A DNA stretch of 64,000 nucleotides from Chloroflexota bacterium (lineage in GTDB: Bacteria; Chloroflexota; UBA11872): the NCBI GenBank assembly GCA_011523785.1, contig WTFW01000120.1, forward strand, positions 12,114-76,113, given 5' to 3'. The translations under genes were made by a program, and so were the position numbers. The notes beneath the pieces are model-generated. The model searched no databases, was not told where the DNA came from, and saw nothing but the letters and a program-made list of their open reading frames with translations. The first letter of the stretch is position 1. The number at the start of each line of letters is the position of its first letter. Of this stretch, positions 10,079 through 19,837 are shown in pieces.

Positions 10079-11334
10079 GGGTAAATCCCTCGAAGCTGGG
10101 TGGCCTCGGCCACTCGTCCAACCGCAATCTGGTAGGCCGCCTCGCGCAGGTTGACGCCGCGGTCCTGCGCCAGATCCCAGACCTCTTGCGCGGCGCGCCC
10201 CATGTGGTCGGCGAGCAGCCTGTTGATCTCGTCGCGGCTCCAGAAGAAGTGCTGCATGCCCTGCACCCACTCGTAATAGGACACCGTCACGCCCCCGGCA
10301 TTGGCCAGGATGTCGGGAACGACGACTACGCCGCGAACGTTCAGCAGGGCGTCGGCCTCCGGCGTGACCGGACCGTTGGCGCCCTCGACGATCAGGCTGG
10401 CCCGTACGTCTGCGGCGTTGCCCGCGTGAATCTGGCCTTCGATGGCGGCTGGGGCCAGCACTTCGACGTCCAGCGCCAGTAGCTCGGCATTCGAGATGTG
10501 CTCGGCTTCGCAGTAGTCGGCCAGCCAGCCGCCAGCGGCAACGTGCTGGTACACCCGCGACGTATCGAGGCCCTGCGGGCTGTAGACGCCGCCGCTGCTG
10601 TCGCTGATGGCGGCGACCGTGAAACCCGCCTCGCTGAAGAGTTGCAGGGCGTTCAGACCGACGTTGCCGGCGCCCTGGATAGCGACGGTTCCTGCTGCCG
10701 GGCGCCCCAGTCGTTCAAGCATGGCCTGCGTGGCCACCAGCATGCCCCTGGAAGTAGCCCGTTCGCGGCCTTCCGATCCGCCGATGGCTACCGGCTTGCC
10801 CGTGACCACGGCGGGCACCGAGTAGCCCATGTGCATGGAGTAGGTGTCCATGATCCAGGCCATTACCTGCATGTTGGTGCCCATGTCGGGGGCGGGAATG
10901 TCGCTGTCGGGGCCCATCAGGGGAATGATCTCGGTGGCGTAGCGGCGGGTGAGGTTTTCGAGTTCGTGGCGGCTCAACGTGCGCGGATCCACGGTCACGC
11001 CGCCCTTGGCGCCGCCGTAGGGCAGGTTCATTACGGCGCATTTCCAGGTCATCCACATGGCCAGGGCGCGAACTTCATCCAGGTCGGCGCTGGGGTGATA
11101 GCGGATGCCGCCCTTGGCCGGGCCGCGGGTGACGTTGTGCTGGACGCGGTAGCCGGTAAAGCACGTAATCGAACCGTCGTCCATCTCGACCGGGAAGTTG
11201 ACCGTGAGTTCGCGCTTGGGACAGCGCAAGACCTCGCGCAGATTCGGATCCAGATTGATCTGGTCGGCGGCTTGATCGAACTGCGCCAGCGCGGCGGCAT
11301 ACGGTCCCGTGGCCGGCGCTTCGGCAGTGTTCAT
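10075..11334 (-). CDS. gdhA: Glutamate dehydrogenase (Glu/Leu/Phe/Val family)
   Basis: RGPAKGGIRYH, MTWKCA, GGAKGG, DIPAPDMGT, QGAGNVG, EGANGP, PDILANAGGV. Confidence 0.95.
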   Translation of the reverse strand: MNTAEAPATGPYAAALAQFDQAADQINLDPNLREVLRCPKRELTVNFPVEMDDGSITCFTGYRVQHNVTRGPAKGGIRYHPSADLDEVRALAMWMTWKCAVMNLPYGGAKGGVTVDPRTLSRHELENLTRRYATEIIPLMGPDSDIPAPDMGTNMQVMAWIMDTYSMHMGYSVPAVVTGKPVAIGGSEGRERATSRGMLVATQAMLERLGRPAAGTVAIQGAGNVGLNALQLFSEAGFTVAAISDSSGGVYSPQGLDTSRVYQHVAAGGWLADYCEAEHISNAELLALDVEVLAPAAIEGQIHAGNAADVRASLIVEGANGPVTPEADALLNVRGVVVVPDILANAGGVTVSYYEWVQGMQHFFWSRDEINRLLADHMGRAAQEVWDLAQDRGVNLREAAYQIAVGRVAEATQLRGIYP

Positions 11335-11443
11335 CTGGCGCGCTCCATCCGTCGGACGATGTCGATTGTTGGGTTCAGATGCTGCTGATCAATCCTAGTC
11401 GCCCGGTCCTCAGTCCGTCGGACTCGGGCGCTATTTGGGGGTA

Positions 11444-11499
11444 CTCGCGACCGCCGGCCGGGAACCCCTTAAGGGGTGTTCCCGGCCGGCGGTCGCGAG
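11444..11499. repeat. Perfect 22-bp inverted repeat (hairpin) in the gdhA leader
   Basis: CTCGCGACCGCCGGCCGGGAAC (11444-11465) and exact reverse complement (11478-11499); central CCCCTTAAGGGG palindrome. Confidence 0.9.
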
Positions 11500-11609
11500 A
11501 TTTGGCGGGTTCTTGGGGGTGGCGGGACGCAAGCTGTGCGCTGTCGGGCGAGGGGTCGGCGGCGCGGCGTTTGCGAGGAGGCCATCTGAGAATCAGGTTG
11601 TGCGGACAT
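11469..11609 (-). CDS. Putative leaderless 46-aa leader peptide (uORF) upstream of gdhA
   Basis: Hand translation MSAQPDSQMASSQTPRRRPLARQRTACVPPPPRTRQISRPPAGNTP*; ATG lies 7 nt downstream of the -10 box. Confidence 0.4.
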   Translation of the reverse strand: MSAQPDSQMASSQTPRRRPLARQRTACVPPPPRTRQISRPPAGNTP

Positions 11610-11616
11610 CGGGGCT

Positions 11617-11645
11617 ATTGTACACTTAGTGTGCACGAGGGTCAA
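11617..11645 (-). promoter_or_regulatory. Sigma70-type promoter toward gdhA
   Basis: Minus strand TTGACC (11645-11640), 17-nt spacer, TACAAT (11622-11617). Confidence 0.75.
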
Positions 11646-11678
11646 TCACCGATCCCGTGAGCTGCCGGCGAGGGGCGG

Positions 11679-13139
11679 CTACGGGGCGGCGTCGAGTTCG
11701 TCTCGGATGAGCTCGCTGACGGCGCGGGGGTTGGCTTTGCCGCGGGTGATGCGCATGACCTGGCCCATGAGGAACTGAAGCGCGCGGCCTTTGCCGTCGC
11801 GGTAGTCCTGGACGGCCTGGGGGTTTTCCTGGATGACCTGGCGGGCGATTTCGAGGAGTTCGTCCTGGCCGCTGATCTGCGGGCCGCGGGCCTGGACGAT
11901 TCCTTCGGCTGATTTGCCGGTGGCGAACATTTCGTCGAGGACTTCGCCGGCCATGGTGCTGCTGACCGATCCCCTGGCCCGCAGGGCGAGAAGGCTGGCG
12001 ACTTCCGTCGGTGGGATCGGAATGGTTGCGCTCTTGTCGGTCTGGGCGTTCAAGGCGCGGCGGAACTCGTGGACTATCCAGGTCACGGCCTCACCGGCGG
12101 AGGCGCCTGCTTCGATGACCGCGAGCGTGTAGTCCGTGAGAGGGCGGTCCTGGACGACTTCGGCCACGTCGGCTTCGGGGGCGCCTTGCTCGATCAGGTC
12201 GGCGGCGACGAGGTCGGGAAGGCGCGGGAGGGCGGCGCGCAGGGCGTCGACGCGCTGTCGAGTGATGTGCAGCGGGGGCAGGTCGGGTTCGGGGAAGTAG
12301 CGGTAGTCGTGGGCGTATTCCTTGGTGCGCTGGGAGCGGGTTGTGCCCGAGGATTCGTCCCAGCCACGGGTTTCCTGTTCGATGGCTTCGCCGCGCTCGC
12401 GCCGGCCGGTCTGACGTTCGATTTCGAAGGCCAGGGCACGGCCGAGGGCGCGGAAGGAGTTCATGTTCTTGACTTCGACCTTGACGTCGCCGATCGGCTC
12501 GCCCTGGGGCCAGACGGAGATGTTGGCGTCGATGCGCAGCGCGCCGTCTTCCATGTTGGCGGTTGATACGCCGATCCAGCGCAGCAGCGCGCGCAGTTTC
12601 TCGCCGTAGGCCATGGCCTCGGCGGGCGTCTGGATGTCTGGCTCGCTGACGATTTCCATCAGAGGCGAGCCGGAGCGGTTGACGTCGATCAGGCTGGCCG
12701 GCGCGCCGTCGGCGGCGGTGACGTGGGTCAGCCGGGCGGTGTCTTCTTCCAGGTGGACGCGCGTTATGCCAACGCGGGTCGTTGCGCCGTCGACTTCGAC
12801 ATCGAAATGACCGTCGATGCAGAGCGGCAAGTCGTACTGGGAGATCTGGTACCACTTCATCAGGTCGGGGTAGGCGTAGTTCTTGCGGTCGAACTTGGCG
12901 TACTCGGGGATCTCGCAGTTGAGCGCCAGGCCGGTGCGGATGGTGTGGTCCACGGCCTCGCGGTTGATGACCGGCAGGACGCCGGGCATGCCCAGGCAGA
13001 CGGGGCACACGTGGGTGTTGGGCCGGGCGTTGGCGTAGTCGGCGGCGCAGCCGCAGAACATCTTGCTGTGGGTGCGGAGCTGGACGTGGGTTTCTAGGCC
13101 GATGACCACTCGGTAGGCGGTGGCGCTGGCAGTGGTCAT
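11679..13139 (-). CDS. gatB: Asp/Glu-tRNA amidotransferase subunit B
   Basis: [48 protein letters not shown]. Confidence 0.98.
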   Translation of the reverse strand: MTTASATAYRVVIGLETHVQLRTHSKMFCGCAADYANARPNTHVCPVCLGMPGVLPVINREAVDHTIRTGLALNCEIPEYAKFDRKNYAYPDLMKWYQISQYDLPLCIDGHFDVEVDGATTRVGITRVHLEEDTARLTHVTAADGAPASLIDVNRSGSPLMEIVSEPDIQTPAEAMAYGEKLRALLRWIGVSTANMEDGALRIDANISVWPQGEPIGDVKVEVKNMNSFRALGRALAFEIERQTGRRERGEAIEQETRGWDESSGTTRSQRTKEYAHDYRYFPEPDLPPLHITRQRVDALRAALPRLPDLVAADLIEQGAPEADVAEVVQDRPLTDYTLAVIEAGASAGEAVTWIVHEFRRALNAQTDKSATIPIPPTEVASLLALRARGSVSSTMAGEVLDEMFATGKSAEGIVQARGPQISGQDELLEIARQVIQENPQAVQDYRDGKGRALQFLMGQVMRITRGKANPRAVSELIRDELDAAP

Positions 13140-14605
13140 GCGTCGATGGCCTTGACGGGCGCGGCCAGCTCACCGCGGGCGCGTTCGTAGGCGCGGGCGG
13201 CCTGGAGGAGACGGGACTCGGCGAAGGGAGGCGCGATGAGTTGGAGGCCGACCGGGAGGCCGTCCACAAACCCGCAGGGAATGCTCAGGCAGGGCAGGCC
13301 GGCGAGGGAGGCGGGCAGGGTCATGATGTCGGACTGGTACATGGCTACGGGGTCGTCCAGCTTGGCTCCCAGGTCAAAGGCCGGGGACGGTACGACGGGC
13401 GCCGCTATGACATCGACATTCTGAAACGCGGCCTCGAAGTCGGACTTGATGAGGGTGCGGACTTTCTGGGCGCGGACGTAGTAGGCGTCGTAGTAGCCGG
13501 AGGAGAGCGCGAAGGTGCCGATCATGATGCGGCGCTTCACCTCGGAGCCGAAGCCCCGGCCGCGGATGCGGGCCATCATCTCGTCCACGTCGGTGGCCTG
13601 CGGGTCGGAAAGGCCGTACTTGACGCCGTTGTAGCGAGCCAGGTTGGCGCTGGCCTCCGACGGGGCGATGACGTAGTAGGTCGGCAGGGCGTACTCGGTG
13701 TGCGGCAGCGAGACTTCGCGCTCGGTGGCCCCGAGACCCAGCAGGTCGTTGATTGCCGCACGAACGCAGTCACCGACTTGCGGATCGAGGCCCTCGCCGA
13801 AGTACTCAGGCGCCACGCCAATACGTAGCCCGCTGACGACGCCGTTCAGTTCGCCGGCGTAATCGGGCACCGGTTCCGCGGCCGACGTTGAGTCGCGCGG
13901 GTCGTGCCCGGCCAGGGCACCCAGCAGCAGGGCGGCGTCGGTGACGTCCTTGGTCAGCACGCCGATCTGGTCCAGCGACGAGGCGAAGGCGATCAGACCG
14001 AAGCGCGAGATGCGGCCGTAGGTGGGCTTGAGTCCCACGCAGCCGCAGAGGGCGGCGGGCTGGCGGACCGAGCCGCCGGTGTCCGATCCCAGGGCGGCGA
14101 GGCACTCGTCGGCGGCCACGGCGGCCGCGGAGCCGCCGCTGGAGCCGCCGGGCACCTTGTCCAGGTTCCAGGGGTTGCGCGCCGGCTTGTAGCCGGAGTG
14201 CTCGTTGGACGAGCCCATGGCGAACTCGTCCATGTTGGTTTTGCCGAGCGTGACCGCGCCCGCGTCTTTCAGTCGAGTTACGGCCGTCGCGTCGTAGGGA
14301 GGGATGAAGCCTTCGAGAATGCGCGAGGCGCAGGTCGTCTGTACGCCGGCGGTGCTGAGCACATCCTTGAGGGCGATGGGCAGGCCCAGCAGCGGGCCAT
14401 CCCGGCCCGTGGCGCGGCGGGCGTCGGCGTCGGCGGCCTGTTCGAGGGCCAGGTCGGGGGTGACGGTGAGATAGGCGCCGGTCCGGCCGTCGACTGATTC
14501 GATGCGGTCGAGCAGGGACCGGGTGAGTTCGACTGAACTGAAGTGCCCGTCTCGCAGACCCTGGGCAGCCGCGTGCAGCGTCAGCCGATACAGCTCATCG
14601 GCCAC
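13136..14605 (-). CDS. gatA: Asp/Glu-tRNA amidotransferase subunit A
   Basis: [46 protein letters not shown]. Confidence 0.98.
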   Translation of the reverse strand: MADELYRLTLHAAAQGLRDGHFSSVELTRSLLDRIESVDGRTGAYLTVTPDLALEQAADADARRATGRDGPLLGLPIALKDVLSTAGVQTTCASRILEGFIPPYDATAVTRLKDAGAVTLGKTNMDEFAMGSSNEHSGYKPARNPWNLDKVPGGSSGGSAAAVAADECLAALGSDTGGSVRQPAALCGCVGLKPTYGRISRFGLIAFASSLDQIGVLTKDVTDAALLLGALAGHDPRDSTSAAEPVPDYAGELNGVVSGLRIGVAPEYFGEGLDPQVGDCVRAAINDLLGLGATEREVSLPHTEYALPTYYVIAPSEASANLARYNGVKYGLSDPQATDVDEMMARIRGRGFGSEVKRRIMIGTFALSSGYYDAYYVRAQKVRTLIKSDFEAAFQNVDVIAAPVVPSPAFDLGAKLDDPVAMYQSDIMTLPASLAGLPCLSIPCGFVDGLPVGLQLIAPPFAESRLLQAARAYERARGELAAPVKAIDA

Positions 14606-14608
14606 CGG

Positions 14609-14902
14609 TCAGGACTCGTCCAGCACGGGGGGAACGCGAATCTGGCCGTCCTCCACGCGGGGCGCGTTGTCGAGCACGGCGTCGAGCGGCAGGGAGCCGG
14701 CGACCACGTCATCGCGCTCGACGTTGCCCAGCGGAATGACCTGCGCGGTGGGAGGAATGTGCTCGGTGTCCAGGGTGTTGAGCGCCTCGAAGGCCTGCAG
14801 GATTTGCCCCAGCTCGCCGCGCAGCCGCTCGCGCTCGTCGTCGGACAGCTCGAGCCGCGCCAGTTCGGCGGCATGGTCGACTTGCGAACGGTCAATGGAC
14901 AC
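14609..14902 (-). CDS. gatC: Asp/Glu-tRNA amidotransferase subunit C
   Basis: VDHAAELARLEL...LDTEHIPPT...NAP...RVPPVL; first gene of gatCAB. Confidence 0.95.
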   Translation of the reverse strand: MSIDRSQVDHAAELARLELSDDERERLRGELGQILQAFEALNTLDTEHIPPTAQVIPLGNVERDDVVAGSLPLDAVLDNAPRVEDGQIRVPPVLDES

Positions 14903-14934
14903 GGCGCTGCTCGGGTGAATCGGAACCGGGGGAG

Positions 14935-14940
14935 ATTATA
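14935..14940 (-). promoter_or_regulatory. Candidate -10 box for gatCAB
   Basis: Perfect TATAAT on minus strand about 33 nt upstream of gatC; no clear -35. Confidence 0.5.
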
Positions 14941-15344
14941 GGGAGCGGGCTCAGGGCGGTTGGGGCGCGCTCGTTCCGCCGGTGAGGGACGGGAGGACTT
15001 GTAGGATTGACGAGCCGAACCCGGCCCACGGGCCGTCGCGAGGCCTGCATCGTCGAAGCGGCAGGAGGCTAAGTATACCGCGAAGGCGAGGTTCGCCTAC
15101 GGCGTACTAGGACTGCTGGGAGTGCTTGGCCTCGAAGGAAGACAAGAGCTTATGAGGCACATTGACGATTGGCCACCGCCCTTTCGTTTCAGTCGTGGTA
15201 GGCGGGCGACGGCGGACGCGTGGGAAGGGGCGCATGATCTAGAGAAGCTGAAGCGGGCTATCTACGCTGCCTGTCTCGGTAGGTGCCGTCCTCGCGCTGA
15301 TCGCAGCACTGTGCCGCTGAACTCCCGCGGCTTGGACTCCTGAG

Positions 15345-16265
15345 TTGCCGAAATATGTCCACCGGTCTACCGGTGTCAGAGTCACGCGGTGCACGTCCTG
15401 GGATGATTTCATCCAGGAGTTGAGGCCCATCCCGAATGCGGAACCAGATTGTCAGCGAGTTTATCGGGGACACGCCGAGCCCTCCTGGAAGCTGTCGTCA
15501 ACATGGGAAAGAGACCTTGAGCGCTTCCGTAAATCCGACAGACCCTTCAGCCGTCACCAGATATATCAAGGGGACGATGGATACCAAAAGAAACGCGACA
15601 GAGGACTCAACCTTCTCAAACAGTTAGCCAGGACAATGCCGGGAATTCCGTCAGACTCTCTCATAACCGACAATGACTGGTGGGCACTAGGTAGGCATTA
15701 TGGACTTGAAACTCCGTTGCTTGATTGGTCTCGTAGTCCTTTCATTGCCGCGTTTTGGGCATTCGCAGAACGAGTGGCTTGGGAAGAGAAACGTATCAGT
15801 GCAGCAAGCACGATAATAGTCGATTATCCACCAAGTGATCCTGTAGTAGTTTGGGGTTTAGGCTACATGGAGGCCGACTTGGCAGATTCAAACAATGAGA
15901 CTCTCTTTACTGATGGCGAGTTCGACTTTGTTGACAACACGAGCTATAACCTCCATAGACAGCGAGCACAGCAGGGTGTGTTTACACGTCTCGAACACGA
16001 TGCATACACGGATGTTGAGGGCTACCTTGATTGCAAAGGTCTTGGGGAACGTCTGGAGCGATTCGAAATACCATGCCGGACAATGCTTGATCTCAGCGTT
16101 GCGCTGTCTGATCTCGAGCGGATGAATATTCACTATGGGACTGTCTTTCCCGATCCTCAAGGTGCGGCAATTCAGTCCAACATGGAGAAACACTGGCGTA
16201 TGTTTAGGATTAGCTCATATTCCGACTCACCACTTTGGGGACGGGCCCCAGTAGACGATGGCTAG
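15345..16265 (+). CDS. FRG domain-containing protein
   Basis: VYRGHAEPSWKLSST, WALGRHYGLETPLLDWSRSPFIAAFWA, RQRAQQGVFT, LERMNIHYGTVFPD; visibly AT-richer than flanks. Confidence 0.85.
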   Translation: MPKYVHRSTGVRVTRCTSWDDFIQELRPIPNAEPDCQRVYRGHAEPSWKLSSTWERDLERFRKSDRPFSRHQIYQGDDGYQKKRDRGLNLLKQLARTMPGIPSDSLITDNDWWALGRHYGLETPLLDWSRSPFIAAFWAFAERVAWEEKRISAASTIIVDYPPSDPVVVWGLGYMEADLADSNNETLFTDGEFDFVDNTSYNLHRQRAQQGVFTRLEHDAYTDVEGYLDCKGLGERLERFEIPCRTMLDLSVALSDLERMNIHYGTVFPDPQGAAIQSNMEKHWRMFRISSYSDSPLWGRAPVDDG

Positions 16266-16440
16266 CAATTCGTGTTTGCTTCTGACTCAGTTCGCGTCCT
16301 CCTCCAGGACTTCTGTGAAAACCTTGATCCTGTCATGCTATGGAGCAGCGACACCTGTAGTGACATGTGCTGGGATCGGCGTATTTTGCCAGTTCGAGTT
16401 CTGAAACGCGGAGGATCTTCTGGATAGGGCAAGGGCCTTC

Positions 16441-18996
16441 TTGATGGCTATTGGCTTGGTTACACTGGTTGGCTTGGCGGTTATGGGTGTGGCTGTGGTG
16501 GTTTTCGCGATGGTCCGGCCGCAGCTTGCGACGCAATTGATCAGCCAGATGCCGGAATTAGGCCCGACTGCTGCGCCAACGTCAGCACGGTCCGCAACGC
16601 AAACGGCGCGTCCGATGCCGCGTTCTCCATCGGCGGACGGTCTGACGCCAACCTTAGTGCCGCCCCAAGCCTTGACACGCGCACCGGATCCATCCCCTAC
16701 AACTAAGCAAGTCCCAGCGCTCACGTCCGTTCCAACTTTGACGCCGACGCGGTTCTCCCGGCCCACGGAGACACCATTCGCTGCGACGTCCGTCGCCGAA
16801 TTGGTGCAGCGGGTGCGTACCGCCGTTCGATACATACGCACAGCGGAAGGCATCACTGGTAGCGCGTTTGTCATAACGGAAGATGGGTACGTTGTCACGA
16901 ACAGCCATGTGCTGAGCGCGGCGGACGGGGCTTACGTGGGAACTCACGCTGGGCGAGAAGAATTTGCTCCGATAGTGGCGGATGCCCCCGACCTTGATCT
17001 GGCACTGCTGAAGCTCCCTGGCGACGGACCGCATCCGTTCGTTGACTTTGGTCGCTCAAACGACCTCAATCTCGGCGACGATTTGGTCATTCTTGGATAC
17101 CCGCTGAGACTCGACACCCTCACCGTAACTCGCGGTGTCCTGTCGGCTCGCCACCCAGGCTGGTTACAGACCGATGCCACAGCGAACCCGGGCAATAGCG
17201 GAGGGCCGGCCTTCAGTGAGCAAGGGAGAGTGATTGGCGTCGTAACCATGAAGCTCGGGGGCGGAGTGGTAAGTCGAGTGGAAAGCGCAAATTTCCTGAT
17301 CAACGGCGACTTGGTGCATCGCACCGTCGACGCGTGGATCGCGGACCATCGGGTCGCTGATGGCGCGATTGCGCAAATTCCGACGGCGGCGGGCAGCGGC
17401 CTGCCGATTGTCAGCGCCGGCAATGGGCACACCTGCGAGGTGAGAATTGATGGGACAGTTGCCTGCTGGGGGATAAATGACCATGGCCAGGCGTCACCGC
17501 CGACTGGGTTGTTCCAGTCTGTCAGCGCCGGCGGTTGGCACACATGTGGATTGCGAGCCAACGGAACCATTGCTTGCTGGGGAAGGAACGACTACGGTCA
17601 AGCGAATCCACCGCCTGGCACCTTCCAAACCGTTAACACAGGAGACAGGCACACCTGCGGACTACGCATCGACGACACCATTGCCTGCTGGGGCGCGAAC
17701 GGTGAAGATGGCCGAGCCAACCCGCCGCCAGGTGTTTTCCGAACGGTCAGCGCCGGCTCCCGCCACACCTGCGGGGTGCACATTGATGGAACGGTAGCCT
17801 GCTGGGGATCAAACGAAGGAATCCTTGGGAAAAATCTAGGGCAGGCAGTCCCGCCTGCAGGCATCTTCCGGACCGTCAGCGCCGGCTTTGAGCACACTTG
17901 CGGGGTACGCGCCGACGGGACCGTCGCTTGCTGGGGTGACAACACATTTGGCCAAGCGACCCCGCCTTCGGCCGTCTTTCAAGCTGTCACGGCCGGCTTT
18001 AGTCACACCTGCGGACAACTTGTCGATGAGAGCGTTGAGTGTTGGGGACATGACCTATTTACTGGTCAAGCCACCCCACCTCCGGGGAGCTTCCGATCCA
18101 TCAGCGCCGGTGGCCGCCACACCTGCGGGGTGCGAGTCAGCGGGTTCGTCGAGTGCTGGGGGGTGCCGTGGAGCCTAGGGGACTATTCGGGCCCTGCTGT
18201 TCCCCCGGCTGGCACGTTTCAAGCAGTCAGCACAGGTTATAACCACACCTGCGGACTACGAACCGACGGAACGATCACTTGTTGGGACTCGAAGGCAGGA
18301 GGCAAGGCCGTTCCGCCAGCGGGCGTATTTCAATCCGTCAGCGCGGGTTTCGACCACACCTGCGGGGTGCGCGCTAATGGAACGGTCGCCTGCTGGGCTG
18401 GGTCATCAGGTCGGGGTGTCCCCTCGGGCCAAGCTGACCCGCCAGCAGGGTCTTTTCGGACCGTCAGTCTGGGTCTGTCTCACACCTGCGGAGTTCGATC
18501 CGACGGAAGCATTTCTTGCTGGGGCTCAAACCTTGACGGTAGAGCCACTCCTCCGCCCGGTGCTTTTCAGTCCGTGAGCTCTGGTTTGAGCCATAGCTGC
18601 GGAGTGCGCACCGACGGGACGGTTGCTTGCTGGGGAGACCACGAGAACGGCCGAGCTGACCCACCGGCCAGCACGTTCCAGTCCGTTAGTGCAGGCGACA
18701 ACCATTCATGCGGATTACTCGTAGACGGCACCATTTCCTGCTGGGGTTCAAACAGTGCCGGCCAAACTGATCCGCCGGCCGGTAAGTTCCAGTCCGTCAG
18801 TGCTGGCTTTAGCCACACTTGCGGACTACGCACCAACGGCACAATTGCATGTTGGGGCCTGAATGACGACGGCCAGGCCGATCCACCGGCGGGCAGCTTT
18901 CTAGCTGTCAGTGCCGGCACGACCTTCACGTGTGGGCTGCGAACCGGCGGTGCTGTCGCCTGCTGGGGCGGGTCTCAATATGTGACTCGAAGCTGA
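16441..18996 (+). CDS. Membrane-anchored trypsin-like (S1C) serine protease with C-terminal RCC1-like repeats
   Basis: N-terminal TM helix, Pro/Thr linker, triad VVTNSHV / DLDLALL / NPGNSGGP, 14 SAGxxHTCG...CWG repeats. Confidence 0.88.
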   Translation: MMAIGLVTLVGLAVMGVAVVVFAMVRPQLATQLISQMPELGPTAAPTSARSATQTARPMPRSPSADGLTPTLVPPQALTRAPDPSPTTKQVPALTSVPTLTPTRFSRPTETPFAATSVAELVQRVRTAVRYIRTAEGITGSAFVITEDGYVVTNSHVLSAADGAYVGTHAGREEFAPIVADAPDLDLALLKLPGDGPHPFVDFGRSNDLNLGDDLVILGYPLRLDTLTVTRGVLSARHPGWLQTDATANPGNSGGPAFSEQGRVIGVVTMKLGGGVVSRVESANFLINGDLVHRTVDAWIADHRVADGAIAQIPTAAGSGLPIVSAGNGHTCEVRIDGTVACWGINDHGQASPPTGLFQSVSAGGWHTCGLRANGTIACWGRNDYGQANPPPGTFQTVNTGDRHTCGLRIDDTIACWGANGEDGRANPPPGVFRTVSAGSRHTCGVHIDGTVACWGSNEGILGKNLGQAVPPAGIFRTVSAGFEHTCGVRADGTVACWGDNTFGQATPPSAVFQAVTAGFSHTCGQLVDESVECWGHDLFTGQATPPPGSFRSISAGGRHTCGVRVSGFVECWGVPWSLGDYSGPAVPPAGTFQAVSTGYNHTCGLRTDGTITCWDSKAGGKAVPPAGVFQSVSAGFDHTCGVRANGTVACWAGSSGRGVPSGQADPPAGSFRTVSLGLSHTCGVRSDGSISCWGSNLDGRATPPPGAFQSVSSGLSHSCGVRTDGTVACWGDHENGRADPPASTFQSVSAGDNHSCGLLVDGTISCWGSNSAGQTDPPAGKFQSVSAGFSHTCGLRTNGTIACWGLNDDGQADPPAGSFLAVSAGTTFTCGLRTGGAVACWGGSQYVTRS
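17407..18969 (+). repeat. 14 tandem RCC1-like coding repeats (about 37-43 aa)
   Basis: Consensus FQSVSAGxxHTCGLRxDGTVACWGxNxxGQAxPPxG counted 14 times. Confidence 0.9.
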
Positions 18997-19067
18997 AGTT
19001 AGAGCGCAGATACAACGTTTAAGATGAGTCGTTCGCCCGCTTTCATCTCGCGTCTCGGTGTGGCTGC

Positions 19068-19676
19068 CTACGTCGAATAGTCGAACTTTGCTTCCCAGTC
19101 GCCGACGCCGTCGCGGAGCAGGTCGAAGAGGTGCCAGACGCTGCAGTAGGAGTCGCCGGGTCCGAGGAAGTCCGAGGCGACGCGCACGATGGAGCCGTCG
19201 GGATTCTTGTGGAAGGCGGAGACACCGGGCATGGCGTTGGAGCCGTAGTGCTCGTCGTCGGACTCGAAGCCCATGTCCTTGAACAGGGTGGTGTCCGCCG
19301 CCGAGTACATGCGGAAGCGCCAGCCGCGGTTTCTTCGAAACTCCTGCTGGGTCTCGACGTCGTCGGGCGAGACGACGACGAAGGCCGAACGGTCCTCGAG
19401 GTGATGGAGTACGCCATTGAAGCCGTCGGCCCACATGGTGCAGTAGGGACAGCCCGAGCCCATGTTGTGGATCAGGATCAGGTCGGACTTGTCGCCGAAC
19501 AGCTCGGAGAGGTTGGTCGTTCCATCAGGCCCGCGGAGTTCGTAGTCCTGGACGGGCTCCGAGGGCACCCGGCGGCGAACTTCCTTCAGACGCTGCTGCG
19601 CCTTCTCCAGGTCGGCCCAGGCGGCGGCAAGCTCTTCCTGTAAAGCGGTTGGAGCGGTCACCGTGATTCCCTTCAA
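19068..19676 (-). CDS. DUF899 family thioredoxin-like protein
   Basis: LSELFGDKSDLILIHNMG, CPYCTMWADG, RGWRF, PGVSAF, WHLFDL. Confidence 0.8.
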   Translation of the reverse strand: MKGITVTAPTALQEELAAAWADLEKAQQRLKEVRRRVPSEPVQDYELRGPDGTTNLSELFGDKSDLILIHNMGSGCPYCTMWADGFNGVLHHLEDRSAFVVVSPDDVETQQEFRRNRGWRFRMYSAADTTLFKDMGFESDDEHYGSNAMPGVSAFHKNPDGSIVRVASDFLGPGDSYCSVWHLFDLLRDGVGDWEAKFDYST

Positions 19677-19837
19677 CGTGCCCTTGGGCGGGCGATCAGT
19701 CCAGTTTCGTCAAGTGTAGGAGCGCAGCCCGGCCGAGCCGTGCGTAGACAGGACGCCGCATCACTTCAATGATTCGAAGGCGCGAATTGGCGGCAATGGG
19801 ACGTAGGATCTTCGCGAAGTCGCCGAGGTGAATCGCA

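Noticed and set aside
11444-11499. Hairpin as an intrinsic terminator or 6S/SRP RNA
   Set aside because: No U-tract in the gdhA direction and no recognisable 6S or SRP motifs; kept only as a leader structure
15122-15343. 73-aa ORF upstream of the FRG gene as a partner gene
   Set aside because: No recognisable motif or clear RBS; may be a gene remnant but cannot be supported
17407-18969. Regular DNA repeats suggesting a CRISPR array or DGR
   Set aside because: Degenerate in-frame protein repeats; no identical repeat-spacer pattern, cas gene or reverse transcriptase
14903-19067. FRG/protease block as an integrative mobile element or single defence operon
   Set aside because: No integrase, transposase or flanking direct repeats seen; the protease is predicted extracellular and separated by 175 nt, so coupling is unsupported
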